Below, in pieces: positions 1-13,000 of a stretch of 64,000 nucleotides of DNA. Made by a program: the position numbers and the translations under genes. Each line of letters opens with the position of its first letter. The stretch's first letter is position 1. This stretch comes from Lama glama (Eukaryota). Below the pieces are notes generated by a model. The model searched no databases, had not been told where the DNA came from, and worked only from the letters and a program-made list of their open reading frames with translations. The stretch is from positions 15,750,001 through 15,814,000 of the forward strand of contig CM052816.1 of NCBI GenBank assembly GCA_028534125.1, written 5' to 3'.

Positions 1-139
1 TGCTACATTGAAAGTTGTACCCCACAGTCTAAGGCTTGATCATATCCTGTTTATTTGCTAATGTTCATATAATTTGTATTACTAACTAGATTTAAAAACT
101 CCTTCAGAATTGCGATTCCCCCCACCCCGCTCTAAAATA

Positions 140-350
140 CCAGCAAATTGAGTTCCTTTTGTGTGACAGGTCTTGTCCTGGGCACTTGATACTATCATCT
201 CATCTCGTCTTCACAACAGCCTAGTAAGGCAGGTATCATTTTCCTCAACTTACCTGTGAGGAAACGAGGCTCAGCAAGGTCAGGTGGTGAGTCCAACGTC
301 ATCAGCTAATGAGACTGAATGGCTCGGCTGGCAGTCAAACTCTGACTCGA
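140..350 (-). mobile_element. MIR SINE
   Basis: cttcacaacagccta...gtgaggaaacgaggctcag MIR core in reverse orientation. Confidence 0.65.
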
Positions 351-2554
351 AACCCATGTATCCTTGGCTTTTAATTCTAGTTTGACGTATAACCTCTTGT
401 TCTTGCTGGCCAGCAGTCTATCACCATGTGAAACAGGGACAGATTAATCTGTTCTTTGGATGGTATCTGGTTTGTTCTCGGTAGACCTCTTATTACGGCA
501 GATAGAAGCCCACAGGCTGCTTGTCTGCTGTAGTGTAGACTTCCCTTGCCATCAGCATCCACCCACGGGCTGCCACTCCCTGAACCCCTACTTGCTTAGC
601 CCACATGGTCTCTATTGTCCCCTCATGGGTTTTCCCTAGGCAATTTTCCTAGGGCGCCCTGAGCAAGGCCAGCAGCAGACGGTAAGTATCTGGAAGCCAG
701 TGAGGCATGCACTTCATCATCAGAAGCAGAAGTGTGTTCTGTAGGGATGGAAAGCAGACCTCCCACCAGGAGAAACAAACCGAAGGGAACCTGGGTAAAA
801 GTTTGAACTGAACTCTGCTCCTTTTCTGTCGCTGAGACCTGGAGGAGTTTGGAGCTCTTTGTTGAATCTTTTTCAAACATACCCTACACATGGCTGAAAC
901 AGATCAAACAGAAACCATCTCTTTGCCAGGATGCTTTAGGAAGCATCTTGCTTCCAGTGCCTTATAGACATGGTCACCTCTGCGCTGCTGAGTCAAATCC
1001 TTTGGTTTCCCCCAGCATCAGCAAACTGGAAGAGAAAACCTCCTTTTTAATTCATTTACCTCCCTTCCCCTAGGGAAGGCATGAAACAGCAAATCTGTAG
1101 AAAGAAGCCCATTTTGCTTTAAGTGGGTTCTTCGGTTAGATCTGAGAGGGAATAAATCCAGCCCTGACTCAGAGTGGGAATGATGAGGGAAGAGGGGAGG
1201 GTGCTATGGGAAAACAATCTAATCCTGGTTTGTCCCACAAAATACCGTTAACATGTCGGTACAGAGGCCCTCTCTGAAGCTGAAGGGGGTGTCTTGGGTT
1301 AAGAATTATGTTGAAATTCGTCATCCTATGAGCCAGCATGGATTCAAACAAATGAGCGGTAAATATTCCTGTTGGTGATGTTCTCCCTTTGTCCTCAAGA
1401 TGAGGTCAGAATTGACTGGAATATGGAGGCAACTCTTCTCACTAAGGGGATGACCCCACAGCTGTTGGGACTTGTGAGGTGCCAAGCCCCATCAGAGGGA
1501 GTCTGAGAGGTGGATAGGTCCTTGAGAAGACATTGGGAGAAGCAATCTTGCAGTTAAAAACATTTTGAGAAAAAACTACAAGTAGCCTCCTGGGGGTACC
1601 ATTTCCTTGGTCCTCAGATGAAGGTGTTGCTTCTCTGCTTGGCAGACATTTCTGTACAACTGTGACCACTCTTCTCACCTTCCTTCTGAGGGTCTCCCAG
1701 CCCACGTCTGTTCTCATTTATTCTCCTGCCTTCCCCAGGAAGCAAGAATATTATTTTCATTCATCTGACAAGCACTATGGACACCCACTGTGTTAGGTGC
1801 CAGGAGGACAGTGAGGAAGGAGAAAAGGTCCCTGTGAGTTAAAGACCATGGTCTAGTCAGGGCAGTGAGGCCACAGGAATCACTGTAGCAGGAGGCACGG
1901 CATGTTGCACCGGAGGGAAGCAACATCTGATCCTGTTCTTCAGGGACGGGTAGGTTTAGAAAGAGAAGGGGCGGCATAAGGAGTCTAGGGGCCAGAATAG
2001 ACGTTGCTGGGAAGGAGCAGGGTGTGTATGAGAACCAGGTGGCCAGACAAGGAGAAGAGACACAGTATGGATGCCTTGAGTGGCAGGCCAGAGAATTTGG
2101 ACACTACTTGAGAGCTGGAGAACTCAAAAAGGCCCTTGAGCAGGAGTGACAAGATGAAAGCTGTTTGGAAGGATTCACCCAGCACCTGTGTGGGGGACTT
2201 TTGGGCACTGGTGGCCTAGGGAGCCCAGATGAAAGGGGAGCGTTGGGAGATGCTGGAAGCCTTGACTGTGGTGGTAGTGATGAGAATGAGTAGAGAAGAA
2301 GGGGTAGATGTGTTAGATGAAACACTGTGCTGGCAGAACTAGCCAGGCACAGCCAGTGATTGAATGTGAGTCAGAGACAATTCCTGATTGTCAGCTCTGG
2401 TGGCCAAGAAAATGGTGAGGCGGGTAACAGAACTCAGAGAGGCAGAGGCAGAAGGAGCAGGCTGAGGGAGATGTTAAGTTCCGTTTGTAGTGTCTGAGCT
2501 TCATCTTCCAGTATCCAGCTGGAGTTAAGAACACAGGATTGACCATCAGAAAAA

Positions 2555-2702
2555 GCCAAGATTCCCACTCCTGGGCATATATCCAGACAAAACTCTAATT
2601 TGAAAAGGTACTTGCACCCCAGTGTTCATAGCAACACTATTTACAATAGCCAAGACATGGAAGCAAACTAAATGTCCATCAACAGATGACTGGATAAAGA
2701 TG

Positions 2703-2754
<52 letters not shown>

Positions 2755-3195
2755 AATACTACTCAGTCATGAAAAATGAAGTAATGCCATTTGCAGCAAC
2801 ATAGATGGACCTAGAGATTATCATACAAAGGGAAGTGAATCAGACAGAGAAAGACAAATATCGTATCACTTATATGTAGAATCTAAAAAATGATACACAT
2901 GAACTTATGTACAAAACAGAAAGGGACTCACAGACACAGAAAAAAAATTTTGGTTACCAAAGGGGAAACAGTGGAGGAGGGATAAATTAGGAATTTGGGA
3001 CTAGCAGATATAAACTACTATATATAAAATAGGTAAACAAAAAGGTCCTCATGTATAGTGCAGGATACTGCAATAGCTTGTAATAACCTATAATGAAAAA
3101 GAATATGTATATCAGAATCACTATGCTGTATACCAAAAACTAATACAACATTGTAGATCAACAAAACCTCAATTAAAGAAAAAAAGAAAGAGTTT
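2555..3195 (+). mobile_element. 5'-truncated LINE-1 (ORF2 C-terminus, 3' UTR, A-rich tail)
   Basis: Translates MFIATLFTIAKTWKQTKCPSTDDWIKM...EYYSVMKNEVMPFAAT, the L1 ORF2 C-terminus. Ends in an A-rich tail at ~3175-3192. Confidence 0.9.
2707..2752 (+). repeat. (CA)23 microsatellite inside L1
   Basis: Perfect CA run counted directly. Confidence 0.95.
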
Positions 3196-3493
3196 AAAAA
3201 TATACAAGGTTGTTTTAAGCTAAAATAAAGAGAAAGAAGCAGCCAGCATTGGAAACACACTTGGGCTGTCCCAAGAGAAGCCGTGGTTGCCGCTGTGAGG
3301 GCTGTGGAAGTCCTTGATGGGGGAGTGAGAAGTAAGTGGCGAATGCCCAGCCTAATACCTGGCCCAGAGCAGCTCTCATATCCTTGCGGAAGAGATGAAT
3401 AAATGAGTGGATGGATGAGCCAAGGGCAGAAGCCTGAGAAGCACTTACATGTACAGAGTGAGAGAAAAAGGAATAGTCTATCACTGAAGGAGA

Positions 3494-3541
3494 GAGAGAA
3501 ACAGGCTTCAGAAAGCTGAGAGAAACAGACTTCAGAAAGCT
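3494..3541 (+). repeat. 24-bp tandem duplication
   Basis: gagagaaacaggcttcagaaagct followed by gagagaaacagacttcagaaagct (1 mismatch). Confidence 0.9.
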
Positions 3542-6500
3542 GGGAGAACCAGGAGAGAGAGTGTTGCCCAGAGAGAGACAGACACGGGAGGGGAGCCTTT
3601 GAGGAAGGAAGTGGCCCACAGTGTTCACCGTTGCAGAAAAGTGGAGCTCCTGGGAAGGCTGTCAGGTTGACTTGACTTCATTGCTATGAACTGGGCAAGT
3701 CCCACAGCTTGCCTGGATGTTGGGACTCAGGGCCCAGGCATTCATGCTCATCTTGTTATCTTTCCTATTTTGTCATGATGGCATGTTCCAGGTATTGGCT
3801 ACGGGCATGCTGCGCAATGGGGGTGGGGTACTCCTTTTTGCCTTTTGCTTTTGGCTAATGGTGAAGGACTGCAGGGCACGCAGTGGCGTGTCAATGTGAG
3901 GACTGAGATGGCTCTGTTTTCTAAGACAAGCTTTTCCTAGGGCAAGGGGCAGAGGAGGGACAGAGTGCCTCATCTCTGTAAAGACCACATCTTGGCCTCC
4001 CAGGGAGAGGGCAGGCAAAGCTGTGAGCTAGTGGCCATCCCATCCAAGGTCAGCAGAGTAATTCTGGGTACAGTTCTCTCTGGTCATGAGATAAGGGGAG
4101 AGTGGGGCCAGAGAGTATTCAAAACTTTTCCTGTAGGCTTTGCCAGATTTCTTTTTTTATAGTTTTCATTTTCCTGCCTGATGTATTCTTTGAAAAGCAA
4201 CCCCACAGCCTCTAAGCAGGGAACTGGAGGGCTTCAGGTACAGGAGGGAAAGTAAAAGCAGGGTGAGGGGAGAGGAGCTGCCTAGAGCTCATGACAGTGA
4301 GTGTTCCGAAGAGGATGGGGCCATAGGGCAGAGGTGAGGCATCTGGGGCCAGAGTGAACCAAGAATAACCACAGGGGTAGGAGCGGGGAGGGAGGAGAGA
4401 CTGCTACTCCCATTTGTGCGCTCTCCCAGTATGATGTCCTAGAGAGGCAGCAGTGACCCTTGCCAGGTACCACATCCTTTTATTAGGCTCTTCTTGGCCC
4501 CTTAAAACAGTACTGTATGAGAAATTGACTCTACCATTAGGGACATCCCAACAGTGGAGTCCTGGTAGAGGGTGGCTGGCGCAGACCCTGGGCTCCATGC
4601 CCTTGGGAGCCAGGCAGCTTTTCTTCCTTCCATGGTCACAGAGGGTGCTGTGTCCAACTGCCTGGTGGAAGATCTGGATGGAATGTGCTTGGAAGGTGAG
4701 CTCAGGTGATGCACCTCATGGATGGGACCTAATGCTTGATCAGATCTTCCAAAGAAGAGGGAGTGTGGGTTCCACCCCTGGAGGCAGACTTGCATGAGCC
4801 TAGAGGCTGACCACTTCCAGACCAACGAAGGAAGGAAGCAGAACAGCACAGATGTACCTCTGCGCTGGAGCCCTGCTCTTTCCCACTCAGTATACACTTG
4901 ATGGAAGTCACGGCTCTGTCCTCTGGACAGACTGCGCAGCCAGGGGCCAGGCTACTGAGGCTGTAAGCACAGCACCATCGCTCACTGCAGCCAGCCTGGG
5001 GTCTGGGAAGCAGGGAGAATCAGGAAGGGGTAGCTGCCTTGGAGGGCCATTGAGAGCTCGGCTTATACGATCATGTGTGACTGAGCCCTGTGAGCACTGC
5101 TCCCCACAGAGGACTCAGGCATGAGTGCTGCCTCTGTAGTGTCAGCCTACCCTGGTTGGCACCCAGGCCTGGCTTAGAAAGTGCAGAGGCAACTGTTACA
5201 TGCAGGAAGCCAAGATACCCATGCATACCGACCCCAGCAGGGCGGCGAGAGCATGTGTGACGTGGCACGTTATCTCTTGGCACCTGAAGAAGTAAATCTG
5301 TTGTGGATGGTCAAGGTTCTTCTTTACCCTCTTCCTGTGTCAGAAGAAGGTTCTGGACTCTCCCGCACACCCTGCTGCCATGTTAGGGGCGACGGGATGA
5401 CTCAGAGGCTGCAATGGCCACGTTTGCTGTGTCTGCTGGGTGCATGTGGCAGGGGCTGGGTGGAAGGAAACAAGGTAAAGGTGCTGAGGGTGGCTGCTTG
5501 GAAGACCCCATGGAGTGAGTGCAGCGGTGAGGCTTGCTGGGCTGTGGGGACCCGACAGTTGAAGGAAAATGGACCAGAATAGTGCCCTGTGTCATCCCTC
5601 CAGCTCTTGGACCCCGCAGAGTCCTCTACACACCTCAGGAGCCTTGCTGCAGGCATCCACCCACAGCCTCTGCCAGTGTGGTTTCCCCCTCCCTCCCTTG
5701 GTTTGGCTGCAGGTCTTTGCTTTTCTCCTCCATGGGCTGGATCAAAGGCCTGAACCGCTCTACTCCCAGGGGTGCCTCTCCCCTCCGCAGGGCTCTAGCC
5801 GAAATACAGAATGGAAGGCCCTCCGGAGAGGCTTCTAGGCTACATGGGAGTAGCAATCAAAGAAACAGTCACCAGGAAAGAGGGGAAGCCTTTCCTGGCC
5901 ACTTGGCTGCAAGTTTCCCTTCCTGTGACCTTCAGGGCAGCCACATTCGGCAGGCCCAGCCCTCAGGATCCAGGATTGCTAGTGCTTTGGGGAGCATCGT
6001 CTCAGTTGCCCACCAGCATAGAAGCTTCGTGAGGGCAGAAGTGGGCTCCCCAGCCCCAGCACAGTGGTGAGAGCAGACTGTGTGCGAGGAAGTGCCGCGT
6101 TTATGCGGTGCCGGTGGTCACTTCTAGATTCTCTGGTGCAGCATCATGAACCCAGGACGCTCACCCCATAAGAATTTTTCTACCTTGACACTGGTTTGTA
6201 GGCAAGATTTAGCTCCTGGCCAAGAAAACAAGAAAGAAGACAGACAAACAGCAGCAGAAAGTACTGCTGAGCAGACAGACTGCGCCATCCCTACTTTCTC
6301 CCAATCCCTTGGTTAGACACACACCTTCCTTGACCTCAGGCTTTCCTCTTGTTCCTGCCTCCCAGTGTCCTCCCCACGGGCCGCATCTGGTCATGACATC
6401 TCCTACTGTCCTGAGACTCGGGCAAGCCCTGGGCAGTGGTCACCATCTATTCTCAGGATGCCCACACCAATGTCATTTTCACTCTTTTACCTCGACTTCA

Positions 6501-6659
6501 CCCCAAAAGGTGTTAGCCCCTTAGCACCCTTGCCTTCCACCCAGAATCAGGCTCCAAGTGAGCAATGGTCTTTGTCCCAGAAGCAGCAGTGAAGACACAT
6601 CAGTGAGGCCCTGGAAAGGGAGGTGGCTGATGGAGCCTGTGCCAAGCCCCATCGGCCCA

Positions 6660-7075
6660 GGGAAGCCTTACAGAAAGATTCTTTCTGGAGGAAAGAGGAG
6701 ATTAGCTGAGCCTCCCCAAAGAAGACAAGTAAAGAGAACACAGAAATATTTCCTTTAAAAGGGAGCAAGAGCAGATGGAAAGAGGGTTTATATTAATGAA
6801 ATCTCCGGATATTAAGGATGAAATGAATGCCAGGGAAGGTTATTATCATTTCATTAGAACACAAAGGAAGAAACAAACACGTTATTATGTGAAACCCAGA
6901 AGTTATGAACAAGGGAATCCAACAGGCAAGTTATTAGCTGGGTTAATTAAAAGAGAACAAGCCGGTTGAGTAATTCTGTCTGTAGGACACAACCAGGAAG
7001 GCATAATTCATTGCCCTTAAGAAAAATATTCAGGGTTTTTTCTTTTTCTCGTTTACCAGAAATTCTGCATGTTTG
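6660..7075 (+). mobile_element. Putative highly degraded ancient LINE (L1/Tx1-clade ORF2 relic)
   Basis: Translates ...KPRSYEQGNPTGKLLAGLIKREQAG*VILSVG...P*E...VYQKF, resembling the YYExG(N/D)KxGKLLAxxLK...FYxxLY linker region of fish/amphibian-type L1 ORF2. Motif recognition only. Confidence 0.55.
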
Positions 7076-7844
7076 ACATTGTCTCACAAACCCAAAAGAT
7101 TTATTCTTGTCAAAAGCTAATTGATTTAGCACCAGGATGTTTCATTAAAGAGAGTTCAGTTCTGATCAGAAGAAATGGAAATCCACCAAAGATGCTTGAG
7201 CCCAGAGAGCTACGGCTGTTCCCCGATCCAGGATCAGCAACGCCCCCACCCACCCACACACAAGATGCCTTCAGTGCCTAGGCTGTGGGGCTGTGGGAGG
7301 TGGCAGCAGAACAGGGGATGTGGAGTCACTCATTCATCCCAGTGATCCTGGGCAGAACTGGATCCTGCCTCGACTGCTTGCTATCTTCCCTTCTTTGCTT
7401 CCTTTTGCCACCCTGCAGCTGGGAGTCTTTGGCACGAGATATGCTACTGGGAGCTATCAGAGTTAGTCTTTGCAGTTAGCCCTGTTGGAAACTAGCATTA
7501 GGGGGAAATGACCAATAGGACTGCCATTGCAGCACGAAGCCACCTGCTCACAGGGGCCTGGGAACCACTTGTTTGGGTAGCACTCAGGTATCTGAGCTGC
7601 TGCTCCTTTCAGGGAGCTTACAGGTCCCATGAGTGCCAGTTCCCAGCAGGCCAAATGGATCCCATCAGCCCTCAGGATTTTGCTGGTTTCTTGTTTGTCA
7701 GGCTTATGAATTATAATTGGGGCTCTGGGTTTGGCTGAGCCCTTGGAGGTTGATCCCCAAAGGCTTTCTCTCAAGTTAAGTACTGGAGAGCCAGAGCTCC
7801 CTAGTTCTTTGGCACCAGCACAGGACTTGAGAGCTAGGAGTTCT

Positions 7845-8560
7845 ACAGTTTTGCATTTGACATTTTGGATCTATCATTCATTTTGAGTTAATTGTTGTGA
7901 AGGGTGAAATGTCTATGCCTAGACTGCTTTTTTTGCACATGGATATTCAGTTGTTCCAGCACCATTTATTGAGAAAACCATTTTTGCTCCATTGTACTGC
8001 CTTTGTTCCTTTGTCAAAGATTAGTTGATTATGTGGGTTCTGTTCTATTTATCCATTTGTCTGTTCTTTTGCAACACTACACTGTCTTGATTACTGTAGC
8101 TTTACAGTAAGTCTTAAATAATGTCGATCCTCTGGTTTTGTGCTTTTCTTTCAGTGTTGAGTTGGCTATTCTGGGTCTTTTGCTTCTCCATATAAACTTT
8201 AGAATCAGTCCATCAATATCCAGAAAATAACTTGCTGGGATTCTGATTCGATTGTGTTGAATATATAGATCAAGTTGGGAAGAACTGACATCTTCACAAC
8301 ACTGAGTTCTTCCCATCCGTGTATGTGGAATATCTCTCCATTTACTTAGCTCTTCTTTGATATCTTTCATCAGAGTTTTGTTTTGCACACAGTTTGTTAG
8401 GTTTATATTTAAGTATTTCATTTGGGGGGATGCCAATGTAAATGGTAATGCATTTTAAATTTCAAATTCCACTTGTTAATTGTTCGTACATAGGAAAGTG
8501 ACTGACTCTTGTACACCAACCTCGTATCCTGTAGTCTTGCTATAACCATTTTATCATTTG
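7845..8560 (-). mobile_element. LINE-1 ORF2 fragment
   Basis: ORF 8077..8436(-) reads KYLNINLT...KWRDIP...ILKFIWRSKRPRIA...KTYCKATVIKTV, typical of L1 ORF2. Confidence 0.9.
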
Positions 8561-10268
8561 CTTCAGAAATCTTTTTTCTAAAAAACTAAACTTTTTTCAG
8601 TTTCATGTACTTTCCTTTGGGCTTTCCTATATGCTGTTTCCTCTGTCTGGAACAGTCTCCTTTCTCTTCCCTCAGTCTCCACTCCAGATACCCCTTTCTT
8701 CATACCTGATTAATGTCTTCAAGGTCTCAGAGAAGCCATGACTTATGCTGGAAAGTCTTCTCTGACATTATGAGTCTGGGTTAGCTGATCACCCCCCAAC
8801 TTCCTTCCTTCTCTTGAAGGTGGAATCTGTGCCCTCAAGAGACTTATGGTTTATTTGGGAGACAAGCCACAAAGATGATGATGACGATGATAAACACACA
8901 TTTAGCTCTGATCTAAGGACTTTACCTGGATTAACTTATTTAATCCTCACAAATGTGAAAATTGAGAATTGCTGCCTAGTACCCTCAGGAACCCACCTCA
9001 GCCTATAAAACAGAATCCAGACACCTTAGGTTGGCCTTCACATCAGGGTCTACATCTACTTTTCCAAGCTAAGTTGGCTTGCTCGCTATGCCTTGTTAGA
9101 GTCTACACATTCTTGCCTGTGAACCCTTGCATATGTTACTCTCTGTTTGGAATGTTCCCTTACCCTCTTTGGCTTGGGAGAATTTCACCTATCCATCAAG
9201 GCCCAGCTGTAGCCTCATTCTTCCAAGACCACTCCACCCTCTATGGTTCTATAGCACTTGTTTTCCAGACCACTCATTTTTATTAGGAACCTAGGCTAGT
9301 TTACAGGAAGAAAACTTAGGGAACACTAGACCTATAAATCCTTACTGCCATCTACAGTCTCTCTGATTTTGGTTGAGAGCCTTGCACAGCTGTCTCTGCT
9401 GTGTTCTCTGCCCTGTTCAATCACTATATTTACATTCTTCATACTCTGACATCGCCAACATATTTGTCATTGAAATGGTTACCTAATATTCCACGGTGTA
9501 CATTCATTGCTTCTCTTTTACAGCACTGCGTTGTCTATTTTAATTCAGTTTTGTTTTCACAGATATTTGCCTGCCAAGTATATGCAAGAGACCACATCTC
9601 TTGTCTGTTAGTACGTCAGTTGTGAGCTGCTCAAGACCAGATTGTCTTCAACATCACTGTCTCCCCCACTGTGCTGAGCTTGCTTGAACTAGATGCTCAG
9701 AGAGCCCTGCTCAGTTGAATCAAACTGTCATAAAGCCAGGCATTTAGTCTTATAACTCACCCCCTACCTCTACCCTGATACAAACCGAACCCATAAGGGC
9801 TAAGATGTGGAACAAGAGAGTATCCAATACCTGTCTCCAGATGCTTGATCGCTCTAACATTGTGTATCTCATCTTGTCACCTCCCATGGCCTCCCCTCTC
9901 CAGAGTATCATTTAGCTACAGAGATTCAGGGAAACTTGAAGATCATTTTCTCAAGCAGCTAATGCATACAAGCTAAACACAAGGACCAAGTCCTGGCAAG
10001 TGCTTCTTGCTCTTAGAAACAGAGGGCTATATGAGACCCATGGGTTCATGGGGAGGGAGGATTAGTGGCCCCATACCTGCCATTTCCCTGACTTTGAATG
10101 TAAGCTCAAAACTCAGAATTGCTTGCTTAATCTGCACTCATACTGTAGAAACCTCACCTGGTTCCTCTGTCCTTGGAAGGATTATCGTTCAGAAGCACAT
10201 TATGATCCCTTCCATAGGCAGACATAGCTAGCTTTAAGCAAAACTTCTATGTGAAAATTCAGATAGGC

Positions 10269-10312
<44 letters not shown>
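10269..10312 (+). repeat. (AGAT)11 tetranucleotide microsatellite
   Basis: Perfect run counted directly. Confidence 0.95.
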
Positions 10313-10315
<3 letters not shown>

Positions 10316-11339
10316 GATTGACTGGTTAGAGAGTGATTATTTGCTTCACAAAATGATTCAAGAAGTACTTCCTTCAAAAACCACAATCCCATCAAGCACT
10401 GGAGTGTGATTCATTGACCAACTCTTCAAAACAACGATCTGTGACATTTCCCCCAGTGCCACCCACTCCATCCACTCACCTTACTTTTTGGAAGTTTTCA
10501 CCCTCCTGGCTGTCTATTCAGTGTTTGCTACTGGTCGACCCACCCTATTATTCTCAGAAAATTCTTCTCCTAGCCCTTTTTCATTGACGGTTTTGATCCG
10601 TCCTGGCCTCTACACTGTGATTTCTTCCTGGCTTCTAAATATAGGTCTCTTCCCACAGGTACCTGCCCCAGCTTTCCTCTTTTCTGTCTACACTTTCTCT
10701 CCGGCAGGCTTGCCTGCCCTGACAACTTTACTGATGCCTTTCAACAGTGACCCCTCAAACCCCATCTTCAAAGTCCAACCTCTTAAGGCCACTCAGGTGC
10801 TGCGTTTTGAGATATCTGCTAGTCATGTCCTGCTGGCAGCCCGAATCCCACCTGTCCAAGCAGCTCAAGTAGCTCTTCCCCCCCATTTTCCCAACTTCCA
10901 TCAGTGTTCTAGTCATTGATGTTCAGAATCTCGGGGCTTGTCTTGGCTGCTTACTAACCACAGATCTTGGACTCTCAGTTTCCTAACTTGTTTTTCACAG
11001 AGACAGTAATGCCCTCTCTACCTCACTAAGAGGACTAAGACAAGGTATGTGGAAATGTGTTTTAAGCTGTAAAAGAGTGTAAAGAAAAGGTGTAATCACG
11101 GTATTGTCATCCTCAGCTTTTTAATGGGTCACTACAACCACTCTTTCGCCTGTTTTCCCGTTTCCTTCATCCTTATATCTCTCATGTGTCCTTTTATCTC
11201 AATACTTAATATGACCAACAAAGTTTAGACCCTCTCACCCACTGCCTAGCGTAGTGCTGTATCCTCTAATCCCGTGGTTCTGAGACTGCAGTGCACATAA
11301 TCACTGAGAAGAAATGATGGAAAATTCAATTATAGCCTC

Positions 11340-13000
11340 TGTAACAAGGGTGCTGGTACAACTGGAATAGCCAAATGGAAAAGAATACCTCACACCATGT
11401 ACAAAAATTGACTCAACATGGATCAAAGATTAACATGTAAGAGCTAAAAATAGAAAACTCTTAGGAGAAAAAGTAGGCAAATCTTTGTCACCTTGGATTA
11501 GGTAATGGTTTCTTTAAAAAGATAACTAAAGCACAAGCAGCCAAAGGAAAAATAGGTAAATTGGAATTCATCAAAGTTACAAGTTTTTGTGCTTCAAAGA
11601 CTATCATCAGGAAAAGTGAAAGACACCCACAGATAGGAAAGTTTTGCAAATCATATATCTGATAAGAGATGTGTATCTATAATATATAAAAATATAAATA
11701 TATATAAAAAGATAAATATATAAAATATATAGATATATAAACATATATCCTACAACTCAAATATAAAAAGATAAATGACCCAATTAAAAATAAGCAAAGG
11801 ATTTGAATAGACATTTCTCCAAAGAAGATATACAAATGGTCACTATGTACCAGAAAAGATGCTCAACATCATTATTCATCAGGGAAATGCTAATCAAAAC
11901 CACAATGAAATAATGTAATATTCCCACTGAAATGTATAAATGTGAACTGTATGGTATATGAATTATATCTCAATAAAGCTACTTAGAAAAAAAAACACAT
12001 AGTGAGATACCACTTCACACCTACTAGGATAGCTAAAATCAAGAAGTTAGATACACAGACACAGAAAACAAACTTATGGTTATCAAAGGGGAAGCGGGGG
12101 AAGAGATAAATCGGAAGTTTGGGGTTAGTAGATACAAACTACTATACACAGAATAGATAAACAAGCTCCTACTGTGTAGCACAGGGAACTACATTCAATA
12201 GATTGTAATAACCTATAATGAAAAAGTATGTATAACTGAATCACTCACTATGTTGTACACCAGAAAATAACAACATTGTAAACCAACTATACTTCAATTT
12301 TTTTAAGTCAGATAATAACAAATGTTGACAAAGACACAAAGAAACTGGGACCTTCATAAATGCTAGAGAGAATGTACAGCTGCTTTGGAAAATAGTACGA
12401 TACTTCCTCAAAAGGTTAAACAGAATTATCATATGACCCAGCAATCCCACTCCCAGGTAGGTATATACCCAAGAGAAGTTAAAACATACATCCACACAAA
12501 AACTTGTACATAAATGTTCTAGAGACATTATTCATAATAAGCCACAAAGTAGAAACAACTCAAATGTCCATCATTCCATCACTGATGACTATATAAGTAA
12601 TATGTGGTATACATACAATGGAATATTACTCAGCCATAAAGAAGAATGAAGTACTGATACATACTACAACATGGATGAACCTTGAAAACAATATGTTAAG
12701 TGAAAGAAGCCAGTCACAAAAGACCACATGTTGTATGATTCCATTTATATGGAATGTCCAGGATAGGCAAATCCATAGAGACAGAAAGTTGATCAGTGGT
12801 TGCCTAGGGCTGCAGGGCATAGGGAAAAGGAGGGGTGCTAAAGAATGCAGGGTTTCTTTTGGAAGTAATGAAAATGTTCTAATATTAATTGTAGTGATGG
12901 TTGCACAACTCTGAAAGTACCCTCCAAAAGAGTAAATTGTGTACTTAAGAGGGTCATTTATATGGTATATGAATTATGTCTCTATTAACTTAAAAAATAC
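11340..13000 (+). mobile_element. Older LINE-1 (3' ORF2 and 3' UTR) carrying two nested L1 3'-end insertions
   Basis: L1 motifs throughout (agacatttctccaaagaagatatacaaatgg; catatgacccagcaatcccactc; MEYYSAIKKNEVLIHTTTWMNLEN). TA-rich expansion at ~11680-11745. Confidence 0.9.
12054..12304 (+). mobile_element. Nested younger L1 3' end
   Basis: Similar to the 3' UTR of the copy at 2930-3175. Flanked by aagttagata (12044-12053) / aagtcagata (12305-12314). Confidence 0.85.
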
